The notes below the pieces were generated by a model. That model was given only the letters and a program-made list of their open reading frames with translations. It had not been told where the DNA came from and did no database searches. Source: an uncultured delta proteobacterium (GTDB taxonomy: Bacteria; Desulfobacterota; WTBG01; CAIYCZ01; CAIRTM01). From it: DNA of 64,000 nt. Shown here piece after piece: positions 1 through 12,086 of the stretch. The position numbers and the translations under genes were made by a program. The first letter of the stretch is position 1; each line of letters opens with the position of its first letter. The stretch spans positions 304,914 through 368,913 of the forward strand of contig CAVRPV010000006.1 of the NCBI GenBank assembly GCA_963723235.1, written 5' to 3'.

Positions 1-770
1 TCAAGAGCCGAGACGTCTTCATTGGAAAGGCCGATATTCAGCAGCTTTGCTTTGGCATTTGCCCTTTCAATCACGGTCTGCGCAAGCTGCGCCTTTGCCG
101 TTTCAACGTCAACCTGGGAGGACACCATTTTTGAAAAGAGCCGCTCCTCGCGCTGCACCGCTTTTCCAGCCAGCTCAAGCGATGCAATCAGCCTTCGATA
201 CTCGCCTTTTGCCCCGGCAATATCCGGGCTGTCAATCAGCAGCAGCACCTCACCACGGGCTACCTGCTGACCGCTCGTTACCGCTGCTTTACTCACAATG
301 CCGCTGACGGCGCTGGAAATATTGACGGTCCTGCTTTCATGGGCTTTAACCTCGCCGGTAAGAGGAACCGACCGGGGCATCTGCTGTGTGCCGACTTCTG
401 TCGCGCTAATAACCCCCGGCACAGACCCGGTGCCGAAAAGGGTCGGTGCGAGCTTCACAACGCCCAGCTCATAGCGGCATTCATCGCAGGTATAATGGAT
501 GATACCGTGTTCGCACTGCGCGGCCCACATTTCATCAATCGACCGGTCAAGATCGGAGGCAGCGGCTTCCTGTTCTTGACCGTCGTTTTTTTCGTGTTCG
601 TCTTTATCTACTCCCGGTTTATGCTCATCTTTTGCAGCCTCTTCATTTTTTTCCTGCGATGCCGCAGGTGGAGTCTTTCCAGCATCGGAGCAGGATTGCA
701 GAAACAAACTGGCGGTAAACAGAAACATGCAGCAGGCAATAAGCACAATGGATTTTATTCTCATTTTCAT
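1..770 (-). CDS. RND efflux periplasmic adaptor (CzcB/CusB-like), runs off window start
   Basis: Manual translation from ATG at 770: MKMRIKSIVLIACC...LQSC (lipoprotein-like), acidic/His linker, then VPLTGEVKAHESRTVNISSAVSGIV...VARGEVLLLIDSPDI typical of MFP lipoyl/hairpin region; directly downstream of TolC-like gene. Confidence 0.85.
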   Translation of the reverse strand, partial: MKMRIKSIVLIACCMFLFTASLFLQSCSDAGKTPPAASQEKNEEAAKDEHKPGVDKDEHEKNDGQEQEAAASDLDRSIDEMWAAQCEHGIIHYTCDECRYELGVVKLAPTLFGTGSVPGVISATEVGTQQMPRSVPLTGEVKAHESRTVNISSAVSGIVSKAAVTSGQQVARGEVLLLIDSPDIAGAKGEYRRLIASLELAGKAVQREERLFSKMVSSQVDVETAKAQLAQTVIERANAKAKLLNIGLSNEDVSAL

Positions 771-797
771 GGTTTTACCTTTGTGAAGTTTTTATTT

Positions 798-2153
798 TTA
801 TTGCTGTATGGATTGACCCACCAGACGTTCCAGTGCTGTCCTGCTTGCATGATAGTCTGCAAGTGTCTCGACATACTGCTGTTTAAGCTCAAAGAGGGTG
901 CGTTGCGCGTCAAGCACCACAAGGTAGTTAAATTTTCCCTGCCGGTAACCTTCCTGTGCTGCTTCAAAAGCCTGAACAGCACCGGGAACAGCCGTATCGC
1001 GAAGGGCGGCAGTCAGCGCAAAAGCCGATGAGCAGTTTTGATATGTTTGCGTAAGATCGCTGCGTTTTTGTAGAAAGCCGGCCCTGTGTTCCTCTTCAGC
1101 CTTTGCAAAATTGCAGCGTGCTTCCTGCCGTTCTCCCTGGTTCCGGTTAAACAGCGGAATGGGAACGGACAGGCCCGCGACAAGCGCCTTGTCATTTGTG
1201 TCGTTGAAATAACGGGGGCCGGCGCTGACGGTAATATCCGGCAACGCGCCGGCGTCCTTCAGCTTGATCTCGGCCTTGCGTTTCTCGATTTCTGTTTTCC
1301 ACCGAAGCATATCCGGGCCTTCAGAAAGGGCTGCCTGCAGTTTGTCCAGCTCCGGCAGAGGGGCGATAGTCTCAAAATCGCCTTCAGCTTTTTCAGATAC
1401 AGGGGCGGCACTGCCGACAGCAGAAGCAAGCCGGCTGCGTGCTGATCGCAGGTCGCTTGTCGCTTTATTGAACTGCATCAATGCTGTTGTTTGGACAACA
1501 TTTGCCTGAACTGCTTCGAGGGCCGGTGCCTTGCCAACGGCGACCTGTTCCGAAACGGACCTGCAGGTCTGCTCGGCAAGCTTAAGGAGGGATTCAGCGA
1601 TGGCGACCCGCTCCTGCGCTGCAAGCACCTCCCAGAAGGCCGCGGTTATCTTCTCAAACACATCAAGACGCTTGATTTCATAGTCCCAACCCGCCAGGTT
1701 TTTTTCAAGGGCGGCAGTCCGCTTGCGAAAGCCGCGCTTACCGCCAAGTTCAAGAAGCTGGCTGATTTGAACCGTGGTTTCAGCACTTTTAAACCCCTGC
1801 ATTTCATTGTTTCCGGAGAAATTTTCAACTTCCGCTGACAGTTCAGGGTTCGGCAGCAGAGCGGCCTGAAGCTCCCGCGCCTCGGCCGCGCGCACGTCCC
1901 AGGCGAAAACAGCAAGATCGGGACTGTGCATGAGGCCGTGAGCAAGGGCCTGCTGCAGGGTCAGCACGCCTGCGGGCTGTGCACAATCAGACGACGTTTG
2001 ATTGTCGGCAAACTTCTCCGAAGGCACATAGGTTGCGAACTCCCTGCCCAATGTGCGCTGATCGGACAGAAAGGCATCCTGTGATTGCGCCGCGCAAACC
2101 GAAAAAACGGCACAACCCATAACAGCCATGAAACAATAACAGCAAATACGCAT
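798..2153 (-). CDS. TolC-family outer membrane efflux protein (CzcC-like)
   Basis: Signal peptide, LPNPEL, QLLELGGKR, SVPIPLFNRNQG, YRQGKFNYLVVLDAQRTL motifs of CzcC. Confidence 0.9.
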   Translation of the reverse strand: MRICCYCFMAVMGCAVFSVCAAQSQDAFLSDQRTLGREFATYVPSEKFADNQTSSDCAQPAGVLTLQQALAHGLMHSPDLAVFAWDVRAAEARELQAALLPNPELSAEVENFSGNNEMQGFKSAETTVQISQLLELGGKRGFRKRTAALEKNLAGWDYEIKRLDVFEKITAAFWEVLAAQERVAIAESLLKLAEQTCRSVSEQVAVGKAPALEAVQANVVQTTALMQFNKATSDLRSARSRLASAVGSAAPVSEKAEGDFETIAPLPELDKLQAALSEGPDMLRWKTEIEKRKAEIKLKDAGALPDITVSAGPRYFNDTNDKALVAGLSVPIPLFNRNQGERQEARCNFAKAEEEHRAGFLQKRSDLTQTYQNCSSAFALTAALRDTAVPGAVQAFEAAQEGYRQGKFNYLVVLDAQRTLFELKQQYVETLADYHASRTALERLVGQSIQQ

Positions 2154-2271
2154 AACATTCTCCTGAAGGCATATGTATTCGGAGCATCATGCATGGCATG
2201 ATGAGGCTCCTGTATCAAAAACTTTTATTATGGTAATTCAGTAATGCTGTATTGCAAAAATAGAGGGGATT

Positions 2272-2694
2272 TCAGATAAGAAGAACAACCGTCTTTAAGG
2301 TTGCAAGCGGAGGGCTAAGGGGTGGTGGCATATCCCGGCTGTAGAGTACCCGCAGGGACCAGTTCAGGGAACACGGCGGCGGGGAATCAATGCACAACGG
2401 CATACCATATGTATGCACCGGGGCAGTATGGCTGGTCGAGGCGATATATTTTTGAGCCCCGATGGGAATATCCACACAGTGATCGAAATCAAAATGCGCT
2501 ACCTGGTCTGGAAATACAATGGGTTCGTTTTTTTTGCAACAGTCTTTCACTGCGGGCGCTTCGATTGCAATATGACCATCAGCACCATAGCATATAACAA
2601 AACCATCAGGGGACCACTGTGCGATGCTGAGCAGCACAACCGCGATGGCGATTTTTTTCAAACGTTCTTTGTGGACCGATATGTTCATAGACAA
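2272..2694 (-). CDS. Small Cys/His-rich exported protein upstream of czcC-like gene (CzcI-like position)
   Basis: N-terminal hydrophobic segment, ICYGADGHIAIE, DCC, DHCVDIP, C-terminal PPP..LKTVVLLI; first gene of the metal efflux operon. Confidence 0.55.
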   Translation of the reverse strand: MSMNISVHKERLKKIAIAVVLLSIAQWSPDGFVICYGADGHIAIEAPAVKDCCKKNEPIVFPDQVAHFDFDHCVDIPIGAQKYIASTSHTAPVHTYGMPLCIDSPPPCSLNWSLRVLYSRDMPPPLSPPLATLKTVVLLI

Positions 2695-2779
2695 GTAAAG
2701 GCTTTTATTTTTTGTATAGTATCCTATGAAAGCAGCTGCCTGTCAAGTCATGCGGGCCGGAGGAATCCATATACAGCTG

Positions 2780-5586
2780 CTAGAGATATTTTTTTAAAAA
2801 CTGTCCGGTTATTGAACGCTCCTGCTGCACAATCTGCTCGGGTGTTCCTGCGGCAACGAGATACCCTCCGGCATCACCGCCCTCAGGGCCAAGATCAATG
2901 ACATAATCAGCAGTTTTAATCACATCCATATTATGCTCGATGACAAGCACGCTGCTGCCGCGCTCCACCAGGCTGTTCAAAACCGTGAGCAGCCGGGCGA
3001 CATCGGCAAAGTGCAGGCCGGTTGTCGGTTCATCCAGAATGTAGAGCGTATGGCCCCGGCCCTTCTGGGCCAGTTCGCGTGAGAGTTTAATACGCTGCGC
3101 CTCACCGCCCGAAAGCGTTGTCGCCGGCTGCCCCAGGGCAATATAGCCAAGCCCTACATCGCACAGTACATGAAGCCTGGTGTGCAGCGCAGGGATATTT
3201 TCAAAAAAAACAAGCGCTTCGCTCACGGTCAGGTCCAGCACATCAGCGATATTTTTACCGCGATAGCGCACCTCAAGCGTTTCCCGGTTATAGCGTCGTC
3301 CCTGGCACACATCGCAGGTCACATACATGTCGGGCAGAAAGTGCATTTCAATTTTCAGCGCCCCGTCACCCTGACATGCCTCGCAGCGGCCGCCCTTGAC
3401 GTTGAAGCTGAAACGGCCGGGTTTATATCCGCGCAGTTTTGCCTCGGGGAGCTGCGTAAAAATATCGCGGATATGATTGAAAATGCCGGTGAACGTCGCC
3501 GGATTTGAGCGGGGGGTGCGTCCGATGGGGGATTGATCAACATGAATAATTTTGTCAACATATGCCGCGCCGGTAATGCGGGCACCCGGTGTGTGACTGC
3601 CTACAGCACCCTTTCGCCTGAGCGCCTCAAGCAACGTGTCAAACACCAGCGTGCTCTTGCCGGAGCCTGATACGCCGGTAACACAGGCAAGGACTCCCAG
3701 CGGGATGCTGAGGCTGATATTTTTTAAATTGTTTTTTGAAGCACCTTCCACATGCAACGCGCGCTCAGATGTACGACGAACCCCGGGCAGCGGGATTTTT
3801 TCCAGACCGGCCAGATACCTGCCGGTAAGCGAGGCGGGGTTGGCTTCCACTTCCTGCGGCGTACCAACAGCCACTACCCGGCCGCCGGCAACCCCTGCTC
3901 CGGGTCCCAGGTCAACAATATAATCGGCCGCCCGGATGCTTTCTTCATCATGTTCAACCACGAGAACGCTGTTGCCGATATCGCGCAATTGCTGCAGAAT
4001 ATGCAGCAGGCGCGCGGAGTCCCGGGCGTGCAGGCCCACGCTGGGCTCATCCAGCACATACACAACCCCGGTCAGCCGTGTGCCAAGCTGCGCGGCAAGG
4101 CTGATGCGGTGAGACTCTCCGCCCGAGAGCGTTCCGGCCGCGCGATTCAGGGTCAGATATCCCAAGCCAAGGTATTCAAGAAATCCCAGGCGCTGCCTGA
4201 TTTCACGCACAAGCGGATCGGCAATCTTCTGCCGCGCCGGCGCAAACGAAATGCCCCCCAGAAATGAGGCGGCCTCACTGACACTCAATGCGCACACATC
4301 GGCAATTGATGTGCCGCCAACTCGAATCCAGAGGCTCTCTTTCTTCAGACGGCCCCCGCTGCAGGATGGACATGGCTGCTGGTTCATGTAGCGGCCGATA
4401 TCGTCTCGCACCTGTTCTGATTCGGTTTCATGATAGCGTTTGTTCAGCGACGCCAGAATGCCCTGAAACGGTTTCTCGGACCGGTACAGGCGTTTTTCAT
4501 CACGGAATTCAAAGGCAACCGGCTCGCCACCGCTGCCGTTCAGCAGCATTGAACGAATACGCTGCGGAAGTTTATCAAACGGCGTATCAAGCGAAAATTT
4601 GTAATGATCGGCCAGCCCCCGGCACAGGTAGCGCACGTAAAAAGAATCGGGGTTCGACCAGGGCGCAATGGCCCCCTGATTAACCGAGAGGCTTCCGTCC
4701 GGAATGATGAGGGCCGGATCAAGCTCGGAGCAGGTTCCCAGACCCGAGCATGTTTCGCACGCGCCGTAGGGGCTGTTAAAAGAAAATGAGCGCGGACTCA
4801 GTTCAGGATAGCTGACCGCACATTCGGGACAGGCCAGTTTTTCACTGAAGATCATTTCCCGCCCTTCAACCGGGGCCACGATTACTAGCCCGTCGCCCAA
4901 CGATACGGCCGTCTGCAGCGAGTCGGCCAAACGCTGGGCAATAGTATCTTTCACGACAAGCCGGTCGACCATCACCTCGATGGTGTGGGCCTGTTTTTTT
5001 CAAGGCTGATGTCATCGCCCAGGTCAACCTGTGCTCCGTTTATCCTGGCCCGGATAAAACCGTCCTTGCGCAACTGGCGCAGCTCTTTTTTAAATTCGCC
5101 TTTGCGGCCGCGCACGATCGGGGCCAGCACGACTATTTTCGCGCCCTGCTCAAGACGCATGACGTGATCGACCATTTCCTGAATGGTCTGGGAGCTGATC
5201 TCGCGGCCGCATTTCCAGCAGAAAGGAATGCCCGTGCGAGCGAACAGCACCCTGAGATAATCATATATCTCCGTGGTGGTGGCAACGGTTGAGCGCGGAT
5301 TGCGGGCAAGTGTTTTCTGTTCAATCGCAATCGCAGGCGAGAGCCCCTCAAGCACATCGACATCGGGCTTCTGCATCTGATCCAGGAATTGGCGGGCATA
5401 GGCTGAGAGCGACTCAACGTAGCGCCGCTGGCCCTCGGCATAAATCGTGTCAAAGGCCAGCGACGATTTGCCGGAACCGCTTGTGCCCGTAATAATGACC
5501 AGACGGTTTTTGGGGATCACAACCGAAATATTTTTCAGGTTGTGAACCCGGGCGCCCTGTATGATGATTTCACGTGATTCGGACAT
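2780..5586 (-). CDS. uvrA: Excinuclease ABC subunit A, one frameshift near 4975-5000
   Basis: ORFs 4972..5664 and 2780..4975 join: [27 protein letters not shown], zinc fingers, second Walker [21 protein letters not shown]; start ATG 5586. Confidence 0.95.
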
Positions 5587-5826
5587 ACATTGATTATAAT
5601 ACAGACACAGGTGATTGTGCAGGTATTTTTCAATACGATGCGGGCCGGCGAAGCTTGCCTGCAAACGGCCCGAACCGGTCCCGGCCAGGAAAGAATTCTG
5701 GAAAAGACATTACTTTTATGCACAAATAGACTGTTGCCATATAATATATTCAATGTTATATAGTTACAGCATTCGGGTGGGTTACATACCGATAGGTTTA
5801 AACACATAACGCACAGGGGTCACTGA

Positions 5827-7032
5827 ATGAAAAAGGTCTATATCAGGTCAAACGGCTGTATTGACAATCTGCTTGATGGCAAATCCTACAAACAATATTT
5901 TACGGAAAATGAGTGGGAAATAGTTCAGGATCCGGCCGAGGCTGACCTGATTCTGGCAAACACCTGTGCCTTTGACAAACAGCATGAAGACACATCCGTT
6001 TCCGATATTGAAGAATTGAAAAAATTTAAAAATGCCCAGCTCGTCGTTACCGGATGTCTGCCCAAGATCAATCAGGAACGGCTGAACCAGGTATTTGACG
6101 GCATATCCTTCGGCCCCAAGGAACGCGAAAAAATTAAAGATATCATCGGCTCTGATCAGGAAATAAAATGGAAGGATCAGCATACCATCGCCGATGACGA
6201 TATCACAGAACTGCCGCACCGCAAGATGGTTCATCAGGTGGCAAAGCTGAGAAGCAAGGCCGGACGCTTCGGGAAATATATCCTGCCCAACTTTGAAATT
6301 GGTGAGGTAACCGGAGACCAGGACGCTTTCTTCCTCGTGCTCGGCGAAGGCTGCCTGGCCAACTGTTCCTACTGCGCTATTAAAAAAGCGAAGGGCGGCC
6401 TTGAAAGCAAGCCCCTGAAAGAAATTATAGAAGACTTCAAACAGGGTCTGGCGCAGGGCTACAAACGCTTCATTCTCACCGCTGACGATACCGGTGCCTA
6501 CGGTCAGGATCTCAAAACCGACCTGCCGACCCTGATCGAAAAACTGCTTGAAGTCGAAGGGGACTATCGACTCAACATTTACCACCTTGAACCAAACTGG
6601 CTGATCAAATATTTCGACTATTTCCTCAAGGTGTTTGATACCGACAAAATTGATGTCATCTTTGCACCAATGCAGTCCGGCAGCAATCGTATCCTGAAAG
6701 CCATGCGCCGCCCCTACACGGCTGAGGACTATATAGCCTGCATGAAGGCGCTGCGCGAAAAACTTCCCTCCCTCAAAATATGGAATCAGTTTATTGTCGG
6801 GTTTCCCGGTGAGACCGACGAGGATCATGCCGACAGCATGAAGGTCCTTGATCAGGTCAACTTCAATGTCGTACAGGCTTTTGAATATTCCGACCGACCC
6901 GGCACAGCCGCATCAATAATGGAAAATAAAACTCCGCCGGATGTAATGAAAAAACGTATAAAGCAGATCCGACGCAAGATACTGCTCAAGGTAAACCTGA
7001 AAAAGCTTAAACCTATCGGACGGGCCAGCTGA
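5827..7032 (+). CDS. MiaB/RimO/MtaB-like radical SAM methylthiotransferase-family protein lacking a TRAM domain
   Basis: N-terminal UPF0004 cysteines (NGC, NTCAF, TGCL), CxxxCxxC (CLANCSYC), QSGSNRILKAMRR, IVGFPGET, YSDRPGT; ends without TRAM. Confidence 0.85.
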   Translation: MKKVYIRSNGCIDNLLDGKSYKQYFTENEWEIVQDPAEADLILANTCAFDKQHEDTSVSDIEELKKFKNAQLVVTGCLPKINQERLNQVFDGISFGPKEREKIKDIIGSDQEIKWKDQHTIADDDITELPHRKMVHQVAKLRSKAGRFGKYILPNFEIGEVTGDQDAFFLVLGEGCLANCSYCAIKKAKGGLESKPLKEIIEDFKQGLAQGYKRFILTADDTGAYGQDLKTDLPTLIEKLLEVEGDYRLNIYHLEPNWLIKYFDYFLKVFDTDKIDVIFAPMQSGSNRILKAMRRPYTAEDYIACMKALREKLPSLKIWNQFIVGFPGETDEDHADSMKVLDQVNFNVVQAFEYSDRPGTAASIMENKTPPDVMKKRIKQIRRKILLKVNLKKLKPIGRAS

Positions 7033-7076
7033 TCCGGCTTTTATGAATCGCAACCGGCTCCGGAGTTCACAGCAGC

Positions 7077-7520
7077 ATGAACGAAAATGAATTTGAAGAA
7101 AAACTCTCTGCTTTTTGGGAGACAAATGACGAATGGTTGAGCCGGCGTCTGCAGGCCATTGCCGATACAGGCACCGCGCTCGACGAACAAGCGCTTGCCG
7201 AGGCTGAAAACAGTGTTGAGGAAAATCTGGGCGGCATGATCGCACAGGCCGCCCAGGCACACGGCTTATCTTTTTCCCCTGACATATTCAACGACCTGCA
7301 TCATATGCTCTTTGAGCTTGAGCTCAAGGACCTGCACATCGACAACAGCGCTGAAATCCACCGGTATAAAGACAATGCTCAGGTGGCGCTCTCGGTTATT
7401 GAAGGCAAGCTTACACCCGACAACGCCTCGCTGGTCATGATGCTGAACCGCTCGCATCATGAAAAAAAAGGCGGCGATGACGAAGCCGTATGTACTGACT
7501 GCATCTGCGGCCGCAACTAA
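7077..7520 (+). CDS. Hypothetical acidic protein with C-terminal CxxCxC
   Basis: 147-aa ORF with plausible composition, ends VCTDCICGRN. Confidence 0.6.
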   Translation: MNENEFEEKLSAFWETNDEWLSRRLQAIADTGTALDEQALAEAENSVEENLGGMIAQAAQAHGLSFSPDIFNDLHHMLFELELKDLHIDNSAEIHRYKDNAQVALSVIEGKLTPDNASLVMMLNRSHHEKKGGDDEAVCTDCICGRN

Positions 7521-7762
7521 CGTACTACGGCCGGTTGCCCCCGACTGTGCATCTGCCATCTTCGAATCCGCCAACCACCCTGCCCTTCTCGCGCGCTCAC
7601 AGCCGTTTTTTTCGCGCATACAGCAAGGATCCGCACCACCGTGCCGTCAAACACATTCACTAACACGGCCTTGACATATTTCACCTGAATATGCATCATA
7701 GCAAAAAAAAACACCCCGGCTCTATCATGCATACAAACCGTTTCATGCACAGGAGACACACC

Positions 7763-8806
7763 ATGAAAAATTTGCTTGCAACGCTTCTGGTACTCGTCGC
7801 TTGTATTGCCACATCATTTCCGGCAGCAGCCGATGACGCCCTGCGCGAACGGGCCAATAAAATTTTCAAACCTATTCCGGAAACACCAACCCAACTGTCC
7901 CGCAACCCCCTGACCCCTGAGAAAATTGAACTGGGGAAAATGCTGTATTGTGAACCGCGACTGTCAAAAAGCGCCCTGATCAGCTGCAACACCTGCCACA
8001 ACATCGGCCTGGGCGGTGCTGACTTTCAGGAGACCTCAACCGGGCACGCCTGGCAAAGGGGTGGACGCAATGCACCCACGGTTTTGAACTCTGTCTACAA
8101 TATCGCCCAGTTCTGGGACGGACGCGCTGAGGATCTGCTGCAGCAGGCCAAGGGACCGGTACAAGCCGGCGTTGAAATGAACAACACTCCTGAGCAGGTG
8201 GTGAAGACCCTCAAAAGCATGCCCGAGTATGTGCAGCGTCTCACCACAGCATTTCCCGGAGAAGCAGACCCGGTAACGTTCGACAATATGGCCAGGGCAA
8301 TTGAAGCATTCGAGGCGACCCTGATCACCCCCGGCTCTCCGTTTGACCGTTTTTTGCTCGGCGACGTCAATGCGCTTACCAGCGAACAGAAGGAGGGCCT
8401 GCGCACATTTATGGACAGGGGTTGTGCTGCATGCCACGGCGGCATCAACATGGGCGGATCGGGCTATTTCCCGTTTGGCGTGGTTGAACGCCCGGCTGAA
8501 AATATTACCGCCGGTGATAAAGGACGCTTTACATTTACGGGTTCAGCCTCCGACCAGTATGTTTTTAAATCTCCGTCGTTGCGCAATATCGAACTGACAA
8601 CGCCCTACTTTCATTCAGGTAAAGTGTGGTGTTTGAAAGAAGCTGTTGCGATCATGGGTTCCGCGCAACTGGGCATCAGCCTGAACGAAGCCGACGTGCT
8701 GAAAATCGAGGCGTTTCTCAAAGCTACGACCGGGATACAGCCGCAGATCACCTACCCGATTCTGCCGGCGCCCACAAAAACAACCCCGCTGCCGGTTCTG
8801 GATTAA
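7763..8806 (+). CDS. ccp: Di-haem cytochrome c peroxidase
   Basis: AGGAG RBS, signal peptide, CNTCH and CAACH haem motifs, RNAPTVLNS, QFWDGRA, FKSPSLRNIELTTPYFH. Confidence 0.93.
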   Translation: MKNLLATLLVLVACIATSFPAAADDALRERANKIFKPIPETPTQLSRNPLTPEKIELGKMLYCEPRLSKSALISCNTCHNIGLGGADFQETSTGHAWQRGGRNAPTVLNSVYNIAQFWDGRAEDLLQQAKGPVQAGVEMNNTPEQVVKTLKSMPEYVQRLTTAFPGEADPVTFDNMARAIEAFEATLITPGSPFDRFLLGDVNALTSEQKEGLRTFMDRGCAACHGGINMGGSGYFPFGVVERPAENITAGDKGRFTFTGSASDQYVFKSPSLRNIELTTPYFHSGKVWCLKEAVAIMGSAQLGISLNEADVLKIEAFLKATTGIQPQITYPILPAPTKTTPLPVLD

Positions 8807-8986
8807 GGGGCGGGACTATCCGGGCTGAGCTACGTGGTGTACCAGGAAACCATGCACTGCTTCAGTGGCAAAAAAAACAGCGCGTTTAAGCCGCGCTGTG
8901 AAAGACCGGTGGACAGAGTGGGCGCAGTTGACCCGGGGCTGGACTGCGTTGCAGAACCTTGCGACTTTAAACCGGATTTCCTACCC

Positions 8987-10808
8987 CTACCAGGGCCTGA
9001 AAATAATACCCTTGTTCTGCAGGTGGGACTTCAATATATCAACCGATTCGGCGATATTCTCATGCTGCGTCAATTGCAGATCATAGGCAATGTCGGTCGT
9101 AACGTTTTCACCGATCCACACCGTTTCTATTTTCTCCGGGCTCACCGCTGTCTTCATAATCTCCAGATCCTCCTGCGTCAGCTCGACTGCTGTCACCAGC
9201 AGGATAATGCCGGCATCCAGCAGTATATTGGCAACCTCTGCAAGCCTGCGCATATGCTCCTGCATGCTGATTGCCGTCACGGCCCTTGATGTCGGCATCA
9301 ATGCCGTACAGCACATTGCCGATTCCCAGGAAATACACAATCTTGCCGTCTTCAAACAGCCTGTCTTCCAGCTGCTTGGCAATCGCCTTGCGGTCGATCT
9401 GCTTTTCTCCGGTCAGCAGCAGCAGGGTTGACTTCTGATTATACTTCTCAGCCCGCTTTTCGGGCGAAATGATGCTTTTCTCCCACTTGTAGTTGCGCAG
9501 CATCACCGTTTCGCGCAGCCAGCTCTGCTCGATCCTCCAGGGCTTCGGCGATAATGCCGCCGCCGCGGATCTCATAATTGTCAACGATCACGAACCTGCC
9601 CGTAGCCGGCAATATCAGAGGTCGGGTCAAAGGCTATGGCCCGTTGAGCTTGAAAACGCATTCGGCAACATCATGCCGCTCGATCTGATTCTTGCTCGAC
9701 CGGTATTCAAGTCCGAGGCATCGATAACCCGGGTTACCTCTTCCAGCCGCGCAGTCACCCGTGCTGTTCCCAGCTTGAAAATATAATCCTTTTTCTGAAC
9801 CAGCGGATCGCGGCCCAGCCAGAACAGGTTGACCCTGATCCGGGATGAAACCTGCGGCTTGGGCTGCTCCGTGCTTTTGACCGCCAGCTCGCCCCGGGTG
9901 ATATAGATCTGCTCCTCAAGGGTAAAGCCGGCTGGCCGAGCCGCAGCTTGCCTCGGTTCTTTCGGGGGAGTTAAACCACTCAATGGTCTTTACCCTGCTT
10001 TTTTTGCCGGAGGGATAAAACACCACCTCATCGCCCACCTGTACAGAGCCGGTCTCGATCGTGCCGGCAACAATCCTGCGGTTGTCCCCGAACCGCGTAA
10101 ACTTATACACATCCTGCACCGGCATGCGGAACGGCTTCTCCATGGGCAGCGGCTCTTTCTCAAAGGCATCCAGCATCTCAAGCACGGTTTTGCCCGTATA
10201 CCACGGCATGGACTTGCCGCGGAGCAGCTCGCAATATTGTCTCCCTGCATGGCGCTCACCGGAATGAAACAGGCCGGCGTAACATTAATCTCTTTCAGAA
10301 ATGCCGTGTACTCATGCAACAATGCTTCGCAAAAGCATGCCTGACTGTAGCCCACCAGGTCCATCTTGTTCACCAGCACCGCTATCTGACTGATCCCGAG
10401 CATGGACATCATATAGCCGTGCCGCCGCGAATTCTCCCGCACGCCTTCCTGCGCATCGATCACCAGCAGCGCCGCCTCGGCCCGGGCCGCACCCGTCACC
10501 ATGTTCTTTAAAAACTCAATATGCCCCGGCGCATCAAGAATAATATAATTGCGCTTGCGCGTTTTGAAAAACACACGGGCCGTATCGATGGTGATGCCCT
10601 GCGACTGCTCATCCTTCAGCGCATCAATGAGAAAATGCATACTCAAAGGGCTTTGAGTTGCGGCGGCAGTTCTCCTGCACCTGCGCAAGCTTGCCCTCGG
10701 GCAGGGAGCCGGTATCGGCAAGCAGCCGCCCGATAACCGTGCTCTTGCCGTGGTCAACATGCCCGGCTATCACGATATTCATTTTCTGCTTTTCAAGTGC
10801 TCTGTCAT
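8987..10808 (-). CDS. cysN: Sulfate adenylyltransferase subunit 1 with C-terminal APS-kinase-like domain (multiple frameshifts)
   Basis: Fragments carry [53 protein letters not shown] and a CysC-like tail. Confidence 0.85.
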
Positions 10809-10952
10809 ATCGTATCCTCTTCCGGAAGGTCATTTTTCGTTTTTGTTCTGTATTCTATGCTGCAATCGTCACAGGTCTGCTCGCTTGAACTTCCGAACAT
10901 GGGCGTAGGCACGTGCTCTACTGACTGTGCATTCTGAATCCTGGCGTCTTCT

Positions 10953-11837
10953 TTACATATACCCGTCGCGCCGCAGCGTCTCAAGACCGCCGCCGTCATC
11001 CTTGTCCTGGGCCCGGCCCGACCGCTCGGCAATGTTTTTCAGGCCGCCGCTTTTCAGCTCCTCAATGATCTCCTGCACATTGCGTGAAGGCGACTCAATG
11101 GGCGTCGTGCACGGATAGCACCCCAGGGACCGATACCGCTTGCCGTCGCCCTGATTGTAGTACAGCGACACCGTGGGGATATTTTCCCGCTCGATATATT
11201 CCCAGATATTCAGCTCCGTCCAGTCAAGCAGCGGATGTATGCGCAAATGCGTGCCCGGCGGAAAGTCCGTCTTGAACTGGTTCCAGAACTCCGGCGGCTG
11301 GTCTCCCAGATCCCAGAGATTTTCCCGGTCCCGCGGAGAAAAATACCGCTCCTTTGACCGCGATCCCTCCTCATCCGCCCGCACCCCCACGATAACGCCC
11401 GGTATAGGGCTCGGTGTTTTTATACACTTCATAGGCGCCGGTCTTATGGTTTAGAACATACCGGGGCCATTTGCCGCTCAGCGTATTGGTCAAGCGCTAT
11501 GGTCTTCAAATTGCGGCAGCAGGCGATCCTGTCAACATTGCCGTCGGGAAAGGTCTGCTTCTCCCGCAGGGCCTCTTCATTCATGCCGTAGACCATCTCA
11601 AGGCCCCACTCCATGGCCAGCCGGTCGCGGTACTGCTATCATCTCGGGTATCTTAAAATGCGTATCGATATGCACCAGCGGAAACGGCACATGCCCGTAA
11701 AAAGCCTTGCGCGCCAGCCACAGCAGCACCGTGCTGTCCTTGCCGATCGACCACAGCATGCCCAGATTCTTAAAACTTGCATAGGCCTCGCGCAAGATAT
11801 GTACGCTCAAACTCTCCAACTGATCTAAATGATCCAT
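10953..11837 (-). CDS. cysD: Sulfate adenylyltransferase subunit 2 (frameshifted)
   Basis: [59 protein letters not shown]. Confidence 0.9.
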
Positions 11838-12086
11838 ATCTGCTCCGTCTCTTTCTCTTCAAACGGCATTATTCAAAAACCATATGCCACGCATGCCCGG
11901 CAACACAGCGGACGCCGGTTCTGCTTTCTTTCTGCGGAGAAAACCCCCGGGATAAAAGCCTTGTCACATCAACAAGTCCATAAAGTCATGAAGTTTTAGC
12001 GGATTTTCATGAAGACGTCAAGCGCACAAAAACACGGCAAACCAGGCATACAGGCCTGAAAATTTAACAGCATCCTGTATCAATGA

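Noticed and set aside
4972-5000. Programmed frameshifting in uvrA and other genes
   Set aside because: Indels are numerous and scattered across unrelated genes, so sequencing error is more parsimonious.
5848-6828. Long antisense ORFs (also 339..1031, 20467..21114, 38489..39268, 60750..61388, 62177..62932)
   Set aside because: Shadows of well-supported genes on the opposite strand.
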